Below are positions 39,417 through 48,342 of a DNA stretch of 64,000 nucleotides, piece after piece (position 1 is the first letter of the stretch; the number at the start of each line of letters is the position of its first letter). Below the pieces are notes generated by a model that saw nothing but the letters and a program-made list of their open reading frames with translations, made no database searches and was not told the origin of the DNA. The position numbers and the translations under genes are program-made. This stretch comes from an uncultured Nitrososphaerota archaeon (GTDB lineage Archaea > Thermoproteota > EX4484-205 > JAAOZP01), in the NCBI GenBank assembly GCA_964416155.1, contig CAYQCW010000005.1, positions 64,001 through 128,000 of the forward strand, in the 5' to 3' direction.

Positions 39417-40163
39417 CTAAAGGAACAAGTCGTTTTTCCTATTTCTCAGAATGCTTTTAATACCTTCATCTGAGAATTCATACTCGTATCCTTTTATTAA
39501 AGCTCCTATGAAGCCTTCTGAAGAACTGCCTGTCACAAGCTCGCTCGCAGCAGCAAGCTCGTCAACTATCGCCATCCGCTTAAACCTTAAAACATATCCG
39601 AATAGGTCTGTTTTACCCCTAAGATCCTTAATCGGAGCTATCCCTGAGCACCCTATCGCCATGTTGACCTGCCCCATCCTGAAGGGCCTTTCAAATGAAT
39701 CTGTTATTATCACTCCAACATCCACATTCTCATCGAGAAACTGCCTCCTTATCTTCCCAGCAACCCTATCCGGGTTCCTCGGCTGAAAAGCAATGCTTAA
39801 GCCGCCATCTACGTTCGACAAATCTATCCCGGAATTGGCACAAACAATGCTGCCCCTATTCCTAGTTATTATGCGCCCTCCTGAAAGCCTCACTATCTCC
39901 CTGCTCTCTCTAAGGATTATTTCCATCTCTTCCGGCGGCTTGCGAAGCCTGTCTGCAAGAGCCATTGCCAAGGGAGTCGGTTTGACTTCGCTAAGCCTAA
40001 CCGTGTAGCCCATCGCCTTTGAAACCGCGACATGAGTGAGCGTCACCACATCCCTGTTCTCAACCTCCACGCCTCCCCTCCTGAGCGACTCTATTGTTAT
40101 CTTAGCAAGGTTATCGCCTTTTTTAATGAAGTCGCCATACTTTATTCCGAATATCTTAATCAT
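39417..40163 (-). CDS. cofE: Coenzyme F420-0:gamma-glutamyl ligase
   Basis: VSKAMG, CANSGIDLSN, VIITDS, RPFRMG, DLRGKTDLFG, DELAAA. Confidence 0.9.
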   Translation of the reverse strand: MIKIFGIKYGDFIKKGDNLAKITIESLRRGGVEVENRDVVTLTHVAVSKAMGYTVRLSEVKPTPLAMALADRLRKPPEEMEIILRESREIVRLSGGRIITRNRGSIVCANSGIDLSNVDGGLSIAFQPRNPDRVAGKIRRQFLDENVDVGVIITDSFERPFRMGQVNMAIGCSGIAPIKDLRGKTDLFGYVLRFKRMAIVDELAAASELVTGSSSEGFIGALIKGYEYEFSDEGIKSILRNRKNDLFL

Positions 40164-40164
40164 C

Positions 40165-40785
40165 TTAACGCCCCCTCCTCGCCCCCTTAAGGAGCTTCTC
40201 TATTAAAGGTATGTCTGAGGCACGGGTTACCCTTATGTTCGTGAAAAGCATGGGGTCGATGTCTTTCAGACCGGAGTGAGCTATGTACATAACTCTCCTA
40301 AGCCCGTCCACAAGTTCTTCGAAGCCTGTAGGCCTCCTCGTTTCAACAACATTCATGAAGCTCCGCCTGTTGTAGGCTGATAGAAGCCAGTCTACTCCTC
40401 CCTTCACATCCCTAACCAGCACAGCATCCCTCTTCTCGCAAAGCTCCGCTAACAGGGCAAGTATGTCCACAGGTATGAGGGGAGCGTTAGCCGGGGCAGT
40501 GACAACCACTTCGCCTGAAACCTTCTCCAAACATTCTTTAACAGTGCTAAACGCGTCTTCAGTATAGTTTAAACCCAGGATGTTGCATTCTTCAAAGCCG
40601 TATTGGGAAACGGCCTCGGCAAAAACGTTCTGAGAATCCCTAGATACCGCCAAAGCTACTTCCTCAGCTATTTCCCCAATGTTCCTGACAACATGAAGGA
40701 AAATGGGAAACCCTTCAAGCTGGCTCAGCTCCACGAAACCCTCCTCCCCGTGTCCAAGCGCAATAACTAGGCCAGTGATCCTCAA
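40165..40785 (-). CDS. MobA-like nucleotidyltransferase (divergent)
   Basis: Pattern VVTAPANAPL, LLSAY, FTNIRV; the N-terminal LAGG motif is degenerate. Confidence 0.6.
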   Translation of the reverse strand: MRITGLVIALGHGEEGFVELSQLEGFPIFLHVVRNIGEIAEEVALAVSRDSQNVFAEAVSQYGFEECNILGLNYTEDAFSTVKECLEKVSGEVVVTAPANAPLIPVDILALLAELCEKRDAVLVRDVKGGVDWLLSAYNRRSFMNVVETRRPTGFEELVDGLRRVMYIAHSGLKDIDPMLFTNIRVTRASDIPLIEKLLKGARRGR

Positions 40786-40787
40786 GA

Positions 40788-41627
40788 CTATTCCCCTACC
40801 TTGGAAAGCATGTGGCGGATTATCTCTCGGGCAACGTTAACACCGGTTGCTTCCTCCACACCCATGAAATCCGGTTGAGGGTTAACGTCTAGTATAAAAG
40901 CTTCGCCATTCTTGAAAGATATGTCGACACCCGTGAAAACACAGCTTAAAGCGTCGGAAGCCTTGACTGCGAGTTCCGCTACTTCCCCCTCCACTTTGAA
41001 GGCTTCTCCAGATCCTCCTTGAGATATGTTTGTAACAGGCTTGTTTGCAAACCTTTTCATCGCTGCGAGCACACGCCCAGCTAATACGAGCACTCTTATG
41101 TCCCAATTAAGATCCCTGGCTGGGGCTTGAATCACCCAAGCCCCGTGTGGTTCAAGACTGGGGATGGTGTTCAGGCTTTCAACAAGCTTGACTCTTCTAC
41201 CCCTTGAGCCGTATATTGGCTTCAAGAAGAAGGGTGGCTGCGTCTCTCTAACGCTTCGCTGCGAAGGTGTGAGGAGAGAATCCGGTATTGGAAGTTTTCT
41301 CAGGCAAAGGTTCCTGTAGGTGATCATCTTGTCTAGAGTGTTCATGAACCCTTTAAACGGGTTAATCACGTAGAATCCTTCTTCCTCGAGAATCCTGGTT
41401 AATGAGAGTGCGTACAGCAGGATGGGGCTTAACAGAGTTTTTGGCCTTGAGAAAATCTTTCTAACACTCTTATCGAAGACCTTCAGCCCGATGGTACTCT
41501 CCTTCAAAAGAAGCGCGGTTTCGCTGAACGAGACCAGTTGGCAATCGACACCCAGCTTACCCGCCTCCTCCATCAGGCGTACGGATGAGTGTGAGCATGG
41601 CTTATGCGTTAAAATGGCTATTGTCAA
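40788..41627 (-). CDS. RimK-family ATP-grasp ligase (CofF/MptN-like)
   Basis: DKMIT, KPIYGSRG, DIRVLV, TNISQGG, GVDI, DVN. Confidence 0.9.
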   Translation of the reverse strand: MTIAILTHKPCSHSSVRLMEEAGKLGVDCQLVSFSETALLLKESTIGLKVFDKSVRKIFSRPKTLLSPILLYALSLTRILEEEGFYVINPFKGFMNTLDKMITYRNLCLRKLPIPDSLLTPSQRSVRETQPPFFLKPIYGSRGRRVKLVESLNTIPSLEPHGAWVIQAPARDLNWDIRVLVLAGRVLAAMKRFANKPVTNISQGGSGEAFKVEGEVAELAVKASDALSCVFTGVDISFKNGEAFILDVNPQPDFMGVEEATGVNVAREIIRHMLSKVGE

Positions 41628-41654
41628 CCTGCTGCCAATGTTCCACGCTCGGAT

Positions 41655-42269
41655 TTAAGCTTGACTCATGATCAGCTCCAGAAGTATTGACCCTAGGGCT
41701 CCCAGGGCTGAGCGGTCATCATCCCCGCCCACAATAAGTATGAAATCATTGTCTTTAAGGCTCAGTTTGCTTAGTTCCTCATGGTCTTTAACCGAGAAGC
41801 TTCTAAGGTCCTCCGCAACATAGGGTATTTTAAAACCCCCTTCCTTCAGTGTTAGAAGCACTGCTCCGCTTCCACCAAGTCTAACAGCCATATCTCTCGT
41901 CTTTAAAGCGTCAAGAGGCTCAACGCCTCTTAAGATGGCCGTATAATTCACCCTTCCAACCGATAAGTAGTCTAGACCGGTTTTCCTCAGCTCTGGAACG
42001 TGAAGTCTTACGCGTTTAAGAATCCCGATCCCCCTGTCGGTTAACCTGCTGCCACTGGCCGAGGTGGAGATTAAACCGTATTTCTTCATGCATTTAACCA
42101 TGCTTTTAACAGAGCCCTCGCCTAGGCCAAGCAGCCTTTGAAGCTTAGCCCGCGAAACAGTTCCTTCACCTATTCGGAGAATGGTCAGCAGGACATGGCC
42201 GGGAGTGTAGTCCTTTGGATGCTTCATGCACTCTTGGACAAGCCTTTTCAAAGACTCCGACATGAACAA
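41655..42269 (-). CDS. Winged-helix protein (DUF4443-like)
   Basis: SRAKLQRLLGLGEGSVKS HTH; RDMAVRLGGSGA. Confidence 0.78.
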   Translation of the reverse strand: MFMSESLKRLVQECMKHPKDYTPGHVLLTILRIGEGTVSRAKLQRLLGLGEGSVKSMVKCMKKYGLISTSASGSRLTDRGIGILKRVRLHVPELRKTGLDYLSVGRVNYTAILRGVEPLDALKTRDMAVRLGGSGAVLLTLKEGGFKIPYVAEDLRSFSVKDHEELSKLSLKDNDFILIVGGDDDRSALGALGSILLELIMSQA

Positions 42270-42303
42270 CTAGCTATAGACTTGCAGAGCCTCTAGAAAA
42301 ATG

Positions 42304-42798
42304 TTAAGGCTTACCCGGGGGCCAACTGCTGGTGTCCGCTAGGTACCATGCTAAGACATCGTCACGCTTGAGAACATACGTGTCTGCGCCTGTTTCTCCA
42401 AGAACCCAGTCCCGGGTTTCAGGATCCCACCTGTACCAGAACCAATAATAGTTCCCATGCTGGTTCACGCCGCTTATCCCTGTGACGAACACGCCGAAAG
42501 GATACGCTTGGTAATCCACGTTTCCCCCTAGAGCGTAAAGGGTCAGGTTGAACAGTGTCCAGCCGACGGGCACAAGAGTATTGTTAAACCACCTCTCGGT
42601 GCCGTTGTCATACTTCACGAGGAGGCTTACCTTCAGAGTAATCGGCTCAACACTTTTCGCCAGGTTTTCAATTTCCTGTGTAAGCGCGTCCAACTGTCTT
42701 AGAAGACCAAGTACGTAAAGCGTCTCTGCGACAAGCAGCGATGCGAGGATCAGAACCACGACTATAAGGGGCTTCTTGCGATACGGGGGTTTAGACAT
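42304..42798 (-). CDS. Membrane-anchored DUF4430/transcobalamin-C-like protein
   Basis: N-terminal TM, FGVFVTGISGV, YWFWY, GADTYVLKRDDVLAW. Confidence 0.82.
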   Translation of the reverse strand: MSKPPYRKKPLIVVVLILASLLVAETLYVLGLLRQLDALTQEIENLAKSVEPITLKVSLLVKYDNGTERWFNNTLVPVGWTLFNLTLYALGGNVDYQAYPFGVFVTGISGVNQHGNYYWFWYRWDPETRDWVLGETGADTYVLKRDDVLAWYLADTSSWPPGKP

Positions 42799-42814
42799 TG
42801 CCAGTCACCTTTGG

Positions 42815-42831
42815 TTGGACAATTTATCCAA
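42815..42831. promoter_or_regulatory. Palindromic operator TTGGACAATTTATCCAA
   Basis: Near-perfect 17-bp palindrome, 4 bp from a TTTAAATA box (42836-42843, minus strand). Confidence 0.8.
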
Positions 42832-42877
42832 GCAGTATTTAAATCTTTACTTGGCGCGCGATATGCACGCGGTTAGT

Positions 42878-43441
42878 TCAACTCAAAACAGTATCTGCCT
42901 GGTTTTTCAAAGCTCTGTATATCACTGGTGCGGCGATCGGGAAGAGCAGTGCATTGGAAAGCTCGTGGAAGATACCCATTGGGATGGGGAAGTTCATTGT
43001 GATCAACCCCATGAGAACAGAACCGTAGAACAAATACCCGACGAAAGCATTCGTCACAAGATCGTATATTAGGGTTGAAAAAAGCCCTATCGAAGCAAGA
43101 ATCAGAGAATCATGAAGGCTTGCTTTAGCTGCTCTGAATCCCAGGGATCTAGGCATTTTAGAGAACAACACGTATACCATTTCACTGAGCGTGACAATTA
43201 TTAGCGTTGGAAGGTTGAACCCGTATGGATTCAGTGTTCCGTAAACAATCCATACGAGTATTGCGAGACATGCCCCAAACTTTAAACCCATGGCCATGCT
43301 TGACGCGAAAACTATCACATCCATAAGCTTAACATTGGGTAAACTTATCAGAACATAGTTTGAGGAGATGGCTAGGGCTGCTAATACGGCCATTGAGGCG
43401 ACTCTCTTAGCCAAGAGTCTTGATGACACGTAGGTCAACAC
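42878..43441 (-). CDS. ECF transporter S component (CbrT-like, putatively cobalamin)
   Basis: AVLAAL motif, LPNVKLMD, LIYDLVTN, HELSN; about six TM segments. Confidence 0.75.
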   Translation of the reverse strand: MLTYVSSRLLAKRVASMAVLAALAISSNYVLISLPNVKLMDVIVFASSMAMGLKFGACLAILVWIVYGTLNPYGFNLPTLIIVTLSEMVYVLFSKMPRSLGFRAAKASLHDSLILASIGLFSTLIYDLVTNAFVGYLFYGSVLMGLITMNFPIPMGIFHELSNALLFPIAAPVIYRALKNQADTVLS

Positions 43442-43444
43442 AAC

Positions 43445-43461
43445 TTGGATAATTTATCCAA
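43445..43461. promoter_or_regulatory. Palindromic operator TTGGATAATTTATCCAA
   Basis: Perfect 8-1-8 palindrome, 4 bp from a TTTAAATA box (43466-43473, minus strand). Confidence 0.82.
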
Positions 43462-43630
43462 CCATTATTTAAACATATCGCACCCATCTAATCTTAGTGT
43501 ATTTTTGTAAACTGCTTATAATCTAGACCGTTTCTACTTTAATTCTAAAAGGTTCTCAGCTAGCGTGTGCCGCAGCCGGTTTAGGATGTTGAAAAGTTTA
43601 TAATTCTCCAGAAGAGGTTTTAGGAAAGGA

Positions 43631-44518
43631 ATGCAGCATGGAACCGGAATCATGCTGGCAATTTTAATCATATTGATTATTGCCGGCTATTTAGGTTATC
43701 AATACTATGCTGAGCATCTTTTACGGTCAGAAAGAATTTCTTCACTCATGAAATACGCTAACACTACGGATTACTATAAGGCGTCTCTGTTCGATGAAAA
43801 ATACAGTCACCTGGCTTCTGATGGAAAATATAACCAGAGCGTCCTAAGCTTCTTCCTGCACTGGCTAGCAAACAATAGTTTAGACTATACTCAGTATTTA
43901 CGTGAGCAACAAAGGTTCGAAAGAATCCATACTCTAATGAAGCATGCTAACACGACTGATTACGATAATGCTCTTCTATTCGACAATAAGTATAGCCACA
44001 TGGCTAACGTTAACAGTTACAATCAGAGCGTTTCAGAATTCTTTTCCCACTGGCTCGTAAACCGTAGCTTGGCTGAAACATGCTTAGAGATTCTTGGGAG
44101 TGTTGAGAATGCTAACAAGTATCTCTCCAAGTCAAACTCCTACGTTACCAGCTATTATTCTAGAGATGATCTGACACTAGTACTCTCAGTTTTCACAGAT
44201 AGGGATGAGTATCAATTGACAAATGATGAGGTCAATTTTACAATCATCCTGCTTAGCAGTAAGAATCTCGGCGAGGTCAATATTGAAATATTCGGCTTTA
44301 AGAACCGTTATGGGGGGTATGTGGTGAAAAATAAGTGGATTGACCCCAGCGGGGTCTTGAGCATTCACGTTACAAAAGGTTTTAGTTCAAAATCTTTCAT
44401 CATAAATGTTCCATGCTCTCCATGCTATTTGGTTGAAAGTGGGCGGAACACTCTGACGTGCGTAATTAAACACAATACTTTGAACCTGAACGTTACCAAA
44501 ATATTTCTATTGAAGTAA
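43631..44518 (+). CDS. Membrane-anchored protein with internal tandem repeat
   Basis: N-terminal TM; two copies of about 51 aa with 63-aa period; C-terminal beta domain with CSPC. Confidence 0.75.
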   Translation: MQHGTGIMLAILIILIIAGYLGYQYYAEHLLRSERISSLMKYANTTDYYKASLFDEKYSHLASDGKYNQSVLSFFLHWLANNSLDYTQYLREQQRFERIHTLMKHANTTDYDNALLFDNKYSHMANVNSYNQSVSEFFSHWLVNRSLAETCLEILGSVENANKYLSKSNSYVTSYYSRDDLTLVLSVFTDRDEYQLTNDEVNFTIILLSSKNLGEVNIEIFGFKNRYGGYVVKNKWIDPSGVLSIHVTKGFSSKSFIINVPCSPCYLVESGRNTLTCVIKHNTLNLNVTKIFLLK

Positions 44519-44523
44519 GGGTC

Positions 44524-45654
44524 TTGAGATTGACGCGATCATTCTTCAACATTTTTCCCGGTTTTCTCATCCTTGCTTTAACTGTTCTTATGCTCGCTAC
44601 TCCTCTTATTGTTCTTGTTGCTGAGCAGCAAGCTATAACTGTTTACTATTTTGTCGCAGAGGGTTGTGAGCATTGCGCAAGGGTTGAGGATTATATTAGC
44701 AGGATTAAGGCAAGTTATCCCGCCGTGGTTTTCAAAAGGTTCGAAATCTCGAATAACGATACCAGTATAGAGCTATTCGTGTCTCTTGCCGAAGGCTTTA
44801 ACATAACAGAGGAGTCTCGCGAGGTTCCGGCGGTCTTCATAGGGGACACATGCTTGATCGGAGAGGAGGAGACCACTAAAAACCTTGAGAAATTGATGCT
44901 TGAGTACAGCCATGGCCGCGAATATCGCGATAAGGCTGGAGAAATAATAAGGGCTTTTATTGAGCAGCATCCGCCAATTGTCCCTCTGCCCTCACTAGCC
45001 AGCGTGGTCGTCGCAGCCTTCATAGACTCGTTGAACCCTTGCGCATTTGCGACGATAATTCTACTCATCACGTACTCTCTCCAAACCGGTCCCTCGAGAA
45101 GAATGCTGATCACGTGCGGAGCCTTCATCACCGGTGTCATGGTGTCCTATATGGCTGCGGGAGTGGGACTGCTATACGTGATCGGCATAGCCTCGTTTAG
45201 AAGCATGTTACGCTACATCATCGGTTCAGCAGCCATCCTGTTCAGCGTTCTAGAGTTTAAAGAATTCCTCTACTATGGTAAAGGCTTCAGCCTCGAGCAG
45301 CCCGGAGTCTTAAGCAGAATCCTGGGAAAGTATTCGGAAAAAATGAGCGTTGGCGCAGGCCTCTTAGTCGGCATGGCCGTCTCAATAGTTGAACTCCCAT
45401 GCACAGGCGGAATATACATAATCATACTCTACTTGCTTTCTAAAATAGGCTTGACGCTTGAAGTCTTTCTCCTACTCCTGCTTTACAATCTGATATTCAT
45501 CCTCCCACTCTTAGCAATACTCATAATAGTATACTTTGGCAGAAGCGTGGCCGAGATAGATGCCTGGAGGATTGAGAAGAGAAGATACATGAGGCTTCTG
45601 GCAGGTGTCCTGCTCTTAATAATAGGCGTTGCGATAATCGCTGGCTTGATCTAG
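44524..45654 (+). CDS. Thioredoxin/glutaredoxin plus CcdA/DsbD-type membrane domain fusion
   Basis: CEHC and VP in the N-terminal domain; DSLNPC and ELPCTG in the TM domain. Confidence 0.88.
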   Translation: MRLTRSFFNIFPGFLILALTVLMLATPLIVLVAEQQAITVYYFVAEGCEHCARVEDYISRIKASYPAVVFKRFEISNNDTSIELFVSLAEGFNITEESREVPAVFIGDTCLIGEEETTKNLEKLMLEYSHGREYRDKAGEIIRAFIEQHPPIVPLPSLASVVVAAFIDSLNPCAFATIILLITYSLQTGPSRRMLITCGAFITGVMVSYMAAGVGLLYVIGIASFRSMLRYIIGSAAILFSVLEFKEFLYYGKGFSLEQPGVLSRILGKYSEKMSVGAGLLVGMAVSIVELPCTGGIYIIILYLLSKIGLTLEVFLLLLLYNLIFILPLLAILIIVYFGRSVAEIDAWRIEKRRYMRLLAGVLLLIIGVAIIAGLI

Positions 45655-45749
45655 ACTAATAGCCGAGGGTTTTATTTAAATATCCTAGTTTCCCTATACC
45701 AGTGTAAACCTATGGGTGAAGTCAGCGATGCGGAAAGTCCTGCAAGGAT

Positions 45750-46970
45750 TGTGAACTATACCAATTTTGCGGTGGTTATACTCCATCAAGAAGCGATGTC
45801 TGCCTAGTTAACCTGTGCATTTCCAAAGGCTTGAGGGTAAAGGACCTCACAGCGAGTTGTAAGACCTGTATGTGCACTTCAGTCTGCATTAAATCCAGAT
45901 CCTACTGCCGCCAAAGGCGGATAAGCTTTGTGAGCTTCCACTGGCTTCAAAGGCTGGGATTTAAGCAAGTGGCTCTCCACGCCACCGAGTACGTTCTGAA
46001 TTACGAGGATGAACAAGCCCGGGACCTCATGGGGGCGGCGGTTTTAAAGATGATAAAGCTCAGGGTTAAGCCTCCTATAATAGAAACTGCAAGCCTGAGA
46101 TCACTACCCTATGGGTTATGCAGAGAGTTTCCCGAGGCATCCTTCGCCGGAATGGGCTGGCTTCTCAGCGCTGAGAAGTTCCATGCATACCATGGTCTAG
46201 ACGCACTGGATTTGAAAGCCTGCGTCATGGAGTGCAGCTGCCAAGCATGTCTCGGTAAACCAGGAACCGGGTTTCGAGGAGTGATGAAGACATTGCCGAG
46301 CACAACTTAATCCAGCTCAAGAATTTCAGAGGGGAAGAAAGCGAGCGAGAACATTAGTGTTTTGACACTGTGGTAGAACACGGGACCGTGGCAGTCGTAG
46401 CCGACCTCCATATCGGGACAAACCAGTCGCTCTGGGAGATGTGTCTTGAAAGTCTAAGATTCGTCCTTCATACTTGATTCTGCTTGGAGACACCTTAAGC
46501 GCGCGCTAAGCCTCCCAACATGGACTATGAAAATAACATGTTGGAAGATTTATGTGGAGTAAAAGCCAACATTAAGCCTGAGGAAATCTATTACACAGAA
46601 AAATATGGCTACCGAGTATCCTGGTGGGCACGAATTGGTGGTAAAGAGAATTATGAAGTTATAAAAGGAATTGGTTTAGATAGAAGAGGGAAGCATTATG
46701 ACTAAAAGACATGAGAGAATGGAGTTCCCCTAAGAGTTAGACGAGGAAAAAGTTATGAAGAGGTGGCATGAGGCAATTAGAGCAGCTTCCTCGTTAGTCA
46801 GGTCGGCCTTTCAAAATGGGAAGGTGAAAACCTTGACAAAGCGTGAAGTTTCTAAAGAGGATAGAGTGAAGGAGAAACAGAAAACTCCGGCTTAATCTGT
46901 TGAAAATGTATTTCTGAGCAGAAATGTTGCCAGGCTTACAGAGGATGAACTGAAAGAGGCTATATAAGAA
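45750..46970 (+). pseudogene. Decayed region with several gene fragments, including a metallophosphoesterase remnant
   Basis: VAVVADLHIG at 46388 followed by frameshifted ILLGD; broken ORFs 45831-46310 and 46520-46705. Confidence 0.55.
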
Positions 46971-47007
46971 GATTATACCAAGGTCTTGAAGAATAGGGTT
47001 ATTCTCG

Positions 47008-48342
47008 TTAATAGCCGAATGCTTTAGTTATTTTAACATTTCTGATAATCGCTGTCGGAACATACGTAGGGGTGCTGACTTCCCACCACACTATTCCGTA
47101 AAGCCTGTCTGAGAGTTCTTCAACGTTTAAGATGATTTTTTGGAGGTTGTCGCTTATTCTGAGTCCCTTGACAGGGTGCTTAATCTCCCCATCCTCCACG
47201 TAGAACGCGCCGTCCCTCACGATGGTTGAAAAGTCCCCAGACCTGTAGTTTTGATACCTCTGATACCAAGAGTTGGTTAAGCATAGTCCTTTTCCCAGTT
47301 TCTGTAGCATGTCTTCCTCTTTAGTGTTTCCGGGTTCAACCACAATGTTCCACGGGTGGGGTCTTATTATTCCAGCGTTTCCGGTTGATGATGCTCCCGC
47401 GATCTTCGCCGTCCTGCTGTTGTGCAGGTAGTTTCTGAGGATGCCGTTTTCGATAATGGTTGTTCTCTGCGTCGGCATGCCCTCGTCGTCGAAAACTTTT
47501 TCCCCAAGCCCGCCGGGCATCGTGGGGTCGTCACGGATGGTTAGTTTCCCAGAGCCGATTTTCTCACCCATCTTTCCCGTCATGAAGCTCATTTCTATCT
47601 GGATGAGGAAGCCTGAGGCGAAGTCAGCGACCTCGCTCATCATGTTTGCAAATATTAGGGGCCCCATGTAAACATCGTAAGCCCCCTCCTCGATGAGAAT
47701 TGGGTTGAGGCTCATCACAGCTATTTCCCCAGCCTTCCTTCCTGCTTCATAAGGGTTGAAGCCTTCTAGGCTTGTTGAGCACGAGACCCACTGCCCTGTT
47801 GCCTCCGGGCTGGCGAACGCGCGGTGGTTAAGTGTCAGGGATGCGAACTCTTCTTGAAGGCTTAAGCCGGTTGAAGATGCGAGTTTCTCAACCATGTGGC
47901 TCGAGTAAATTATTCCTGCGCTTCTCTCCGCGCCAGCCTCTCTACTCGCCTTAACGGCTTCGGAAACATGGGAGACCAGCTGCTCGTCAAGCTGTCTAAT
48001 CCTCCTCTCCACCTTTTTCCCAACCCTATAGTTGAAGACTCCTCTTGGAAGGGGCGCGTAGAAAGGTGTTGGAGGAGTGTTTTTAGTAAGGGTTACGACG
48101 TCGTCTACAATCTTCTCCAGAAAGTCCTCAGACACGTTTTCGAAACCCCCTATGAAACACCTCTCTTTAATGTTGCTGTATATCGTCAGCGTACTGATGT
48201 TCTCTGAAAGAGCCACAGTAGGCTCGTTGTTAGCATACCTCATGGAGCTTTCCTCAGTCTCGTACAGGATCACTATCGCCTCGTCGACACCCCTGTCAGT
48301 AAGCATTTTCAAAGCCTTCTCGTGTAGCTCAACCATTTTCAA
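47008..48342 (-). CDS. pmbA: TldE/PmbA family protein
   Basis: FDDEGMPT, STGNAG; no HExxxH; paired with tldD. Confidence 0.88.
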   Translation of the reverse strand: MKMVELHEKALKMLTDRGVDEAIVILYETEESSMRYANNEPTVALSENISTLTIYSNIKERCFIGGFENVSEDFLEKIVDDVVTLTKNTPPTPFYAPLPRGVFNYRVGKKVERRIRQLDEQLVSHVSEAVKASREAGAERSAGIIYSSHMVEKLASSTGLSLQEEFASLTLNHRAFASPEATGQWVSCSTSLEGFNPYEAGRKAGEIAVMSLNPILIEEGAYDVYMGPLIFANMMSEVADFASGFLIQIEMSFMTGKMGEKIGSGKLTIRDDPTMPGGLGEKVFDDEGMPTQRTTIIENGILRNYLHNSRTAKIAGASSTGNAGIIRPHPWNIVVEPGNTKEEDMLQKLGKGLCLTNSWYQRYQNYRSGDFSTIVRDGAFYVEDGEIKHPVKGLRISDNLQKIILNVEELSDRLYGIVWWEVSTPTYVPTAIIRNVKITKAFGY

